This document shows positions 25,150 through 32,000 of a stretch of DNA of 32,000 bases, piece after piece (within the stretch, counting starts at the first letter, position 1; every line of letters begins with the position of its first letter). The position numbers were made by a program, and so were the translations under genes. The notes beneath the pieces were generated by a model that did no database searches, was not told the DNA's origin, and worked only from the letters and a program-made list of their open reading frames with translations. Origin of the DNA: Candidatus Heimdallarchaeota archaeon (GTDB lineage Archaea > Asgardarchaeota > Heimdallarchaeia > Heimdallarchaeales > Kariarchaeaceae); the NCBI GenBank assembly GCA_030149205.1, contig JASBSB010000001.1:960001-992000 (forward strand). Direction: 5' to 3'.

Positions 25150-26640
25150 ATGATAGCTGGAATAGTTGACTCAATTGAACTTGTCAAATCTGATATCTCA
25201 GATAACAATCTTTTGGAATTTAGAATTGATCTGAACTCTGAGCTGATCTCAAAGATCAGTGAAGCACCTCAGGATCAAGTAATCTTGACTTACAGAAGCA
25301 TAGATGAAGGAGGGAGAGGAGAAGAATCTGACAGATATAAGATACTCTCTGAATTAAGTCGAATTCCCACAGGTTTTATTGATCTTGAGATCTCGAGGGA
25401 TGCAAAATTCCTAGCAGAAAAAATGTATGAAATTGTTCAACCAAACATCATCCTCTCTTCCCACCAGTACCTGAAACCTATGCGAGAAACATACTTAAAG
25501 TTCAAAGAAAGTATTAAAACATTTATTTTGAATGTTTTAGGTGAAGAGGATGAGAATAAACAGCTACCTCAACTCATTAAAAGTATAGAGAAAACGTTGC
25601 ACAAGAAAATTATCATAAAGTTTGTTGGAGACCCCATCGACACTGTTGATTATCTGAAGACCTATGACATCATGAGTAAGCACTTTGAAAGGATTATCTG
25701 CTTAGGATTAAATAATTTTGCTCACATAGGTCGAACTGCAAATAGAAAACTAAACCAATATCTCATCTTTGCATCTTTGAATCAATCACAGAGATTCCCT
25801 TCCGTCACCGAGCTAAACAATCTGGTAGAATTAAATGGAGCCTTTACAGGGTTAATTGGAGATCCAATAGAACATTCACTGTCTCCTCTCATTCACAATC
25901 AACTCTTTGAATCGCTAAATTTGTCAGGATACTATCATCTACTTAAGGTAAACTCCTCAGAAGACTTGGGGTACCTCATAAACAAGCTACAGCTATTAGA
26001 CTTTACAGGAACAAACGTTACAATTCCCTACAAGGAGGATATTATTCAACATATTGACTCTCTCTATAAAGAGGCGGAGGAGCTAATGTCAGTAAATACC
26101 ATTAAATTTGAAAAAAGGAGAATTAAGGGTTATAACACTGACTGTTCAGGATTTTCTACATTCTTGAGATCCCATGGTTTAGAAAAAAGTCAGACAGCCC
26201 TTGTTTATGGGGCAGGAGGTGCCTCAAAAGCTGTGATTTATTCGCTACTGAAAGAAAATATTGAAGTTACCCTAGTTAACAGAAGCTTAGAGAGAGCAGA
26301 AACCTTGAAAGAAACATTTAAAGGAAAAATCATGGTGTCTTCCAAAGAACAATCACAAAAACAGAGCTATGATTTATTTGTAAATTGTACACCATTAGGA
26401 AGAACTGGTGATATTAGTGCCATCCCTGAATTTGGAACGTTTAACTCAGCAATGATTGACCTTTCATATTCAACCAAGAAAACAGGTACTGTTAAACTTG
26501 CGGAGAAATTAAATTTACAAAGCTTTGACGGTAAAGAAATGCTGTTTCATCAAGCAGTAGATTCATTTGAAATCTGGTTCGATAAAGAAGTAGATAGAGA
26601 ACCTTTACTTGACAAATTTTTGAAGGAGGTGTCACAATGA
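25150..26640 (+). CDS. aroD-aroE: Fused type I 3-dehydroquinate dehydratase / shikimate dehydrogenase
   Basis: N-half: LEFRID, LTYRS..EGG, IDLE, LSSH, IIIK. C-half: GDPIEHSLSP, NVTIPYK, VNT, NTD, GAGGAS, VNRS, NCTPLG, GKEMLFHQA. Confidence 0.9.
   Translation: MIAGIVDSIELVKSDISDNNLLEFRIDLNSELISKISEAPQDQVILTYRSIDEGGRGEESDRYKILSELSRIPTGFIDLEISRDAKFLAEKMYEIVQPNIILSSHQYLKPMRETYLKFKESIKTFILNVLGEEDENKQLPQLIKSIEKTLHKKIIIKFVGDPIDTVDYLKTYDIMSKHFERIICLGLNNFAHIGRTANRKLNQYLIFASLNQSQRFPSVTELNNLVELNGAFTGLIGDPIEHSLSPLIHNQLFESLNLSGYYHLLKVNSSEDLGYLINKLQLLDFTGTNVTIPYKEDIIQHIDSLYKEAEELMSVNTIKFEKRRIKGYNTDCSGFSTFLRSHGLEKSQTALVYGAGGASKAVIYSLLKENIEVTLVNRSLERAETLKETFKGKIMVSSKEQSQKQSYDLFVNCTPLGRTGDISAIPEFGTFNSAMIDLSYSTKKTGTVKLAEKLNLQSFDGKEMLFHQAVDSFEIWFDKEVDREPLLDKFLKEVSQ
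26625..26631 (+). promoter_or_regulatory. Shine-Dalgarno site for aroK
   Basis: GGAGGTG ending 5 nt before ATG 26637. Confidence 0.55.
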
Positions 26641-27512
26641 AAAGCATCACTTCTCGAACAGGTAGTGCTATCACAGTACTGAATGCCATGAAAAGTGGAA
26701 TAGGTGCAGCAATCGGCATAAGAGAGTATACAGATGTAAGGATAGAAGAAGGAGAGGGAATTTCTTTCAATATAAATCCAAGCCTTAATGATTTCAGGCT
26801 TGTTGAGGCAATAATTAATGAATATCAAACCCAGACAGGAGTAAAGATTGAGAACATCACAATACAAACTGATGCACCATTCCCTCCTGCAATGGGGATG
26901 AAAACTTCGAGTTCTGTCGCAAATGGATTAATTGAGGCACTCAACAGATATTTTGGAATCGAGATGGAAACAAATAAGTTAATCGGAATTGGTGCTGAAG
27001 CATCAATCAACGCAGGAGTTTCAATAACTGGAGCTTTTGATGATGCTTATGCCAGCTACCTTGGTGGTTTAGCTTACACTAACAATGAGAAAAGGGAGCT
27101 GCTAGGGCTATTTTCTGCACCTGAAAATTATGATGTGGTGCTTTTGTTACCAGACTACCCGATCCCTAAAGTCTTACTCAAGAACGTAATCCAATTGGTA
27201 GATGATGGACTGATCGAAGAGGCAAGAGAATCATTTGAAAAAAGACGACTTGTTGAGGCAATACAATACAATACAGCTGCATACGCCTCTGTATTTTTGC
27301 CTGATCCTGACATCATAACCAGATTAGAAGAGTTAAGTTGTGAGGTGATAGGACTAAATGGTGGTGGACCAGCAATGTTTGCTATAACCAAACCAAAGGT
27401 CACAGAAAGGTTTGTAGAAGAGGCAAAAGAGCTGATGCCAGAGTTGGTCTTATTAAAAACCACTTTTAGAAAATTGAACCGTGGAAAATTAAGGAGCTCG
27501 CCAGATGATTAA
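26637..27512 (+). CDS. aroK: Archaeal shikimate kinase (GHMP superfamily)
   Basis: AITVLNA, G.GAAIGI, PPAMGMKTSSS, ITGAFDDA.AS.LGG, GLNGGGP. Confidence 0.95.
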   Translation: MKSITSRTGSAITVLNAMKSGIGAAIGIREYTDVRIEEGEGISFNINPSLNDFRLVEAIINEYQTQTGVKIENITIQTDAPFPPAMGMKTSSSVANGLIEALNRYFGIEMETNKLIGIGAEASINAGVSITGAFDDAYASYLGGLAYTNNEKRELLGLFSAPENYDVVLLLPDYPIPKVLLKNVIQLVDDGLIEEARESFEKRRLVEAIQYNTAAYASVFLPDPDIITRLEELSCEVIGLNGGGPAMFAITKPKVTERFVEEAKELMPELVLLKTTFRKLNRGKLRSSPDD

Positions 27513-28782
27513 AGTTTACCCATCTAAACTATCAGGAACCATTAACCCCCCACCAAGCAAAAGCGTGACTCATCGAGCATTAATCCTTGCTGGGATGTGT
27601 CAGGCAGGATCGACAATCACTAACAAGTTAGATGGAGAGGACACTAATGCAACTCAAGCGGTTTTAGAGAGGATGGGGATGTTATTTAAGGAGTTTTCAA
27701 CTAATCGACTCTATGTATCCAACGTAATTCAACATGGAGCTGGAATGGCAGATTGTAAAAATTCAGGCACGACAATCAGACTCTTAACTGCAGTGCATGG
27801 CAATCTTACTGAAAAGACGACTCTAACTGGAGACAGTTCGTTATTAACACGACCTATGCAAGACCTTACACAATCTCTAAGAAACATTGGTATAGAAATA
27901 GAAGATACAGATGGAAAACCACCAGTGACAATCTCTGGAAAAAGGAGAGAGGGAAATCAAATAATCGATATTGAGGGCAACAAAAGCTCACAATTTATCT
28001 CTGGGCTTGCCTTATATGCAGCAATGAGACCAAACAAATCAGTTACTTCTATTCGGATACTTAACAAACTAAGCTCTAAACCTTATCTTGATCTCACTCT
28101 TAAAATGTTAGAAGAAATTGGCACTGACATCTCATGGTCTGATGATAGAACTCTGAAGGTGATCAGTAGGTACCCCTATATGAAACATGATTTTTATGTA
28201 CCACCGGATGCCAGCTCTGCTGCATTCTTTCTTGGAGCTGGGGTGTTGCGAGACAACAAAGTTACTGTTGAAGGAAATTTCTCAAGGTATCATCAGGCAG
28301 ATTACCAGTTAATTGAAATATTACAACAGTTAGGGGTAAATCTAGAATTCGAGAACTACAAAATTATTATTACTGGCAGCAAACTTATTGGTGCAGATAT
28401 AGATTTAAGCAATGCACCAGATTTATTCCCAATTGTTTGTGTAATTGCAAGTTTTGCAGAAGGAAAATCTCACATTTATGGTGCAAGCCATTTAAAGTAT
28501 AAGGAGACAAACAGAATTAAGACAACTGCTGCACTCATAAAAGGAATTGGTGGAATGATAGAAGAAAAAGAAGATGGGGCAATTATCACAGGACAAAAGA
28601 CCCTTAAAGGGGGTACAGAGATAGATTCGTTTGGTGATCATAGGATAGCCATGGCTGCAGCAATCGCTGGAACTGCAACTGATGAGCCAGTGACAATAAT
28701 TGATGAAGAATGTGTGGCTGTTTCATACAGGGATTTTTTTATGGATTTACAACACATAGGAGGAAAGGTTGAGGAAGTATGA
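27505..28782 (+). CDS. aroA: EPSP synthase (3-phosphoshikimate 1-carboxyvinyltransferase)
   Basis: PPSKSVTHR, NSGTTIR, L..RPM, SSQFISG, SKPY, PDASSA, KETNRI, DHRIAM. Confidence 0.97.
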   Translation: MIKVYPSKLSGTINPPPSKSVTHRALILAGMCQAGSTITNKLDGEDTNATQAVLERMGMLFKEFSTNRLYVSNVIQHGAGMADCKNSGTTIRLLTAVHGNLTEKTTLTGDSSLLTRPMQDLTQSLRNIGIEIEDTDGKPPVTISGKRREGNQIIDIEGNKSSQFISGLALYAAMRPNKSVTSIRILNKLSSKPYLDLTLKMLEEIGTDISWSDDRTLKVISRYPYMKHDFYVPPDASSAAFFLGAGVLRDNKVTVEGNFSRYHQADYQLIEILQQLGVNLEFENYKIIITGSKLIGADIDLSNAPDLFPIVCVIASFAEGKSHIYGASHLKYKETNRIKTTAALIKGIGGMIEEKEDGAIITGQKTLKGGTEIDSFGDHRIAMAAAIAGTATDEPVTIIDEECVAVSYRDFFMDLQHIGGKVEEV

Positions 28783-29870
28783 ATACCTTTGGCACAGTGT
28801 TTCGAACAACATTAATAGGTTCCTCACATGGAAACCTGGTTGGAGTGATCATCGAGGGTATCCCTCCCAACTTAGAGATAGATATATCAAATATAGAGAC
28901 CTTTCTGGCAAGACGGGCACCAGGGCAGTCTAAAGTAACTACAAGAAGAAAAGAAAAGGATAAACTCATTGTCGAAGCTGGATTGTTCAAACAGAGAACC
29001 ACCGGTGAACCATTTGTTGCTTTTGTAAGAAACTCTGATGTGGACTCAAGCTACTATGAAGAGATTAAGGACACGCCACGTCCAGGACACGCAGACTATC
29101 CCGCTTTTGTCAAATTTGAAGGTGCTAATGATTACAGAGGTGGAGGAAGATTTTCTGGCAGGATGACTATTGGGTTGGTTATTGCTGGAACTATTGCAAA
29201 ACAGCTGCTGAAACAGGTTGGAATTGATGTACGTGCATACACCAAAGAGATTGCAGGTCTTGAATCTGAAGTCATCAACACCACTGAAGATTATATTTAC
29301 TCTGAACAGAATATCGTTCGCGTCCCTGATAATGAAATGATTGAAAGTGTCACCAATGCAATTATGAAAGCCCGAAAGGATGGGGACAGCGTTGGTGGAA
29401 TTGTTGAATGCACCATTAACAATTTACCCGTTGGTGTTGGAGAACCCATCTTTGATTCAATTGAAAGTAAGCTCTCACACATCATGTTTAGCATTCCAGC
29501 TGTAAAGGGAGTTGAGTTTGGATCTGGATTCAATGCTGCAAGGATGAAAGGAAGTGAGCATAACGATGAATATTTTTATAATGAATCTCAACAGATTCGA
29601 ACCAAAACCAACAATGCAGGAGGAATCTTAGGAGGAATTAGCAATGGAATGCCAGTCGTCTTTAGAGTGGCATTCAAACCTACATCATCCATCCCCAAAA
29701 TTCAGACAACTGTTAATCTTCAAGAAAAGGGAAAACTCGAGAGCCTTAAGGTAAGAGGAAGGCATGACCCATGTATTGTTCCTCGTGCGGTTCCTGTGGT
29801 TGAGTGTTGTGCTGCAATTGCAATCTACGACTTAATGTTACAAGGAGGTATAACGACACATGCAGACTAA
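28779..29870 (+). CDS. aroC: Chorismate synthase
   Basis: G.SHG, TTGEP, RPGHAD, GGGRFSGR, SIPAVKG, NNAGGILGGISNG, FKPTSSI, GRHDPC. Confidence 0.97.
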   Translation: MNTFGTVFRTTLIGSSHGNLVGVIIEGIPPNLEIDISNIETFLARRAPGQSKVTTRRKEKDKLIVEAGLFKQRTTGEPFVAFVRNSDVDSSYYEEIKDTPRPGHADYPAFVKFEGANDYRGGGRFSGRMTIGLVIAGTIAKQLLKQVGIDVRAYTKEIAGLESEVINTTEDYIYSEQNIVRVPDNEMIESVTNAIMKARKDGDSVGGIVECTINNLPVGVGEPIFDSIESKLSHIMFSIPAVKGVEFGSGFNAARMKGSEHNDEYFYNESQQIRTKTNNAGGILGGISNGMPVVFRVAFKPTSSIPKIQTTVNLQEKGKLESLKVRGRHDPCIVPRAVPVVECCAAIAIYDLMLQGGITTHAD

Positions 29871-30927
29871 GAAGAAGGTAGTGGTATTAGGAGGAACTGG
29901 ACTTATTGGACAACAGTTTATTAGAATGCTTAGTAACCATCCAATGTTTGAGCTGGTCGGAATTTATGCCTCTGAAAGATCCACAGGAACTGACCTTAAA
30001 GATATTTGGAGATTACCACATACTGAGTGTCCCGAGGAGTTCAAAAATTTGATCATCCAAAATCTGGACACCCTGAATCCTGAGGATTTTCAGGTGTGTT
30101 TCTCTGGCCTACCAAGCAGTATTGCTGGAGAGCTTGAGGATAATCTGAGGATCAGAGGAAAAGCCGTCTTCAGCAATGCATCCTCTCACAGGATGGATGA
30201 GGATGTCCCTATACTCATCCCCGAGATTAACAGCGAGCAGATTAGACAGATAGAGTTACAGAGAAAGAGATATAACACAGAAGGATTCATCATAACAAAT
30301 TCAAATTGTTCCATATCGGGTGTAGCAATTTTTTTGGATGCATTAAGAAAAATCGTTAGTTTTGATGAAGCATTCGTTTCCACGTATCAAGCCACCTCAG
30401 GTGCTGGATTTGCAGGCCTTGAGAACAAAAGTTTTACGGATAATGTCTATCCTTTCATCCGTTCTGAAGAGGAAAAGATGAATGAGGAGGGTAAGAAGAT
30501 CCTTGGACATCTTACAGATGAATTGAGGATTGATCCATATCCAGTGAAAATCATAGCCCAGTGCCTTCGTGTTCCCGTGATAGAGGGACATACTGCTACA
30601 ATCACCATACCACTGAAGTTTAACGGGACGAAGGAGGACATAATCAATGCACTTCGAAACTACAACTCACCTTTACAACTTACCACACATACCGTAGCCC
30701 CACGCAACCCCATCATTGTTTTTAATGAGGAAGACAGACCTCAACCAATCCTTGATTCTTATATTGGTACTCCAAATCCAGCAAAGGGAATGGGTGTAGG
30801 TGTAGGAAGAATCCGTTATCAGGATGGTTACCTCAAAGCAATTGTCTTGGCTCATAACACAATTCGTGGTGGTGCTGGTGGGTCAATTCTCAATGCTGAG
30901 CTTGCTGTCATCCAGGGGTACATCTAA
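29860..30927 (+). CDS. asd: Aspartate-semialdehyde dehydrogenase (archaeal type)
   Basis: LGGTGLIGQ, SNAS.HRM..DVP..IPEIN, catalytic NCS, TYQA.SGAG, RVPV..GH, HNTIRGGAGG. Confidence 0.96.
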   Translation: MQTKKKVVVLGGTGLIGQQFIRMLSNHPMFELVGIYASERSTGTDLKDIWRLPHTECPEEFKNLIIQNLDTLNPEDFQVCFSGLPSSIAGELEDNLRIRGKAVFSNASSHRMDEDVPILIPEINSEQIRQIELQRKRYNTEGFIITNSNCSISGVAIFLDALRKIVSFDEAFVSTYQATSGAGFAGLENKSFTDNVYPFIRSEEEKMNEEGKKILGHLTDELRIDPYPVKIIAQCLRVPVIEGHTATITIPLKFNGTKEDIINALRNYNSPLQLTTHTVAPRNPIIVFNEEDRPQPILDSYIGTPNPAKGMGVGVGRIRYQDGYLKAIVLAHNTIRGGAGGSILNAELAVIQGYI

Positions 30928-30930
30928 AGT

Positions 30931-32000
30931 ATGGTTGAGGTTCATAAATTCGGGGGTGCCTCATATAAGGATCAAAACAGCATTAAAATTACTCTGAAAC
31001 GAATTCAGAGTCTTTCAGATAAATCAATTGTTGTAACCTCAGCATTTTATGGAGTGACTGACCACCTTCACTCTTACTCTAGAATTTCATCTTTGAATGA
31101 TGTCGATAAATTTATTTCCAAACTTTTACAGATGCATAACTCAAGACTTGATGGAATTTCAGAAATAAAGATAAGCAGAGATTTGAGAGAGGTTGTTGAG
31201 CTTTATGAACTCTTGAAGGGGTACTCTATCACTGGAATAGATACACCCAGGTTTAAGGATCTCGTTATCTCATTTGGTGAACAAATCTCTGCAAAATTAC
31301 TCTCAAATATTTTGGATGCACCTTATGTTGACCCAGCTGAATTTCTACTAACAACTGATGAGCATTATTCTGCATCAGTTCTGATCAAAGAGTCCAAAAA
31401 AGTGACTATTGAAGCTTTACTCCCATTGTTTGAGGTCTCTAATATACTAATTGTACCGGGTTATTTCGGCAAAAACTCCAAAGGTGAAATTAGTCTACTC
31501 GGAAGGTCTGGTACTGACTACTCGGCGGCTGTCATTGCAAACATGCTTAACGCAACCAAATTGGTGATCTGGAAAGATGTTACCGGCTTCATGTCTGGGG
31601 ATCCAAGGGTGGTCGGATCCCCCCAAATCATTAAATTTTTAAATTATAGTGATGCAGCAGATCTAGCATTTCATGGTGCAAAACTGTTACATCCAAAGTC
31701 AATTCACCCAGCAAGAGAGCTAAACATCCCAATAGTTATCCGAAATCTATTTGATGAGATTTCTGAGACCGTGATCTCAGATTCGACCCCGCAGATCAGT
31801 AATATAACCTATAAGTCAGGACTCAAGCTAGCAAAATATGCTTCCAAAGATCTTCATAATATTTTTCAGGAATTTCTGAGAAAAGAGCAAAGGGGTGAGA
31901 TCGAGATTGTTCTTATCCATAAATTTCCGAATAACTCATGGATTCTGTATGATGATTTCTTGAATGAAGCAGAAAGTTACTGTATTGTATACGTGAAGGG
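30931..32000 (+). CDS. lysC: Aspartokinase, 3'-truncated by the window edge (not in the ORF track)
   Basis: My translation from ATG 30931 is open to the end of the window: KFGGAS, VVTSA..GVTD, SFGE..SA, VPGYFG, LGRSGTDYSA, WKDV.G..SGDPR, LAFHGAKLLHP. Confidence 0.95.
   Translation, partial: MVEVHKFGGASYKDQNSIKITLKRIQSLSDKSIVVTSAFYGVTDHLHSYSRISSLNDVDKFISKLLQMHNSRLDGISEIKISRDLREVVELYELLKGYSITGIDTPRFKDLVISFGEQISAKLLSNILDAPYVDPAEFLLTTDEHYSASVLIKESKKVTIEALLPLFEVSNILIVPGYFGKNSKGEISLLGRSGTDYSAAVIANMLNATKLVIWKDVTGFMSGDPRVVGSPQIIKFLNYSDAADLAFHGAKLLHPKSIHPARELNIPIVIRNLFDEISETVISDSTPQISNITYKSGLKLAKYASKDLHNIFQEFLRKEQRGEIEIVLIHKFPNNSWILYDDFLNEAESYCIVYVK

Noticed and set aside
28779-28835. GSSHG instead of GESHG in chorismate synthase as a sign of inactivation
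   Set aside because: The Ser-His pair and all other signature motifs are intact; a single substitution is not enough evidence.
57-30855. The many 60-170 aa ORFs antisense or out-of-frame to long genes (e.g. 57-380, 4956-5339, 8601-8894, 12921-13211, 23623-24141, 24867-25208, 27155-27463)
   Set aside because: They lie within well-supported genes, lack motifs and promoters, and are expected shadow ORFs.
1-32000. CRISPR arrays, tRNA/rRNA genes, transposases, integrases, tandem repeats
   Set aside because: None were seen by eye; intergenic gaps are short apart from 2346-2706, which shows no cloverleaf or repeat-spacer pattern.

Overview
AT-rich archaeal DNA with BRE/TATA promoters and mostly leaderless first genes. 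The source is most plausibly an Asgard archaeon (Heimdallarchaeia-like); this is inferred from the gene content (small-GTPase-like and longin-like domains, PGF-CTERM protein, archaeal-type shikimate enzymes), not from a marker gene. The left half (1-17000) is a mixed accessory region. It holds a 5'-truncated degenerate Ras/Arf-like protein, a Zn-ribbon/helical-repeat protein, a GNAT, oligopeptidase B, an RNase III with an altered signature, a serine racemase/dehydratase, two surface proteins, a class 3 lipase, a receiver-like/longin-like protein with a start-codon anomaly, an MFS transporter, an HxlR regulator, a Met-rich membrane protein, two SAM methyltransferases and an orphan CheB. The right half (17133-32000) is one co-directional cluster: hypothetical - MenA with a ~240 aa soluble extension - GGR-family reductase - MenE, followed by the archaeal shikimate pathway (aroA', aroB', aroD-aroE fusion, GHMP aroK, aroA, aroC) plus asd and aspartokinase. 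The aspartokinase runs off the window edge and is missing from the ORF track. The cluster reads as an aspartate -> aspartate semialdehyde -> chorismate -> menaquinone supply line. No tRNA, rRNA, CRISPR array or mobile element was seen. All family calls come from motif reading by eye; no database search was run, so novelty claims are unverified.
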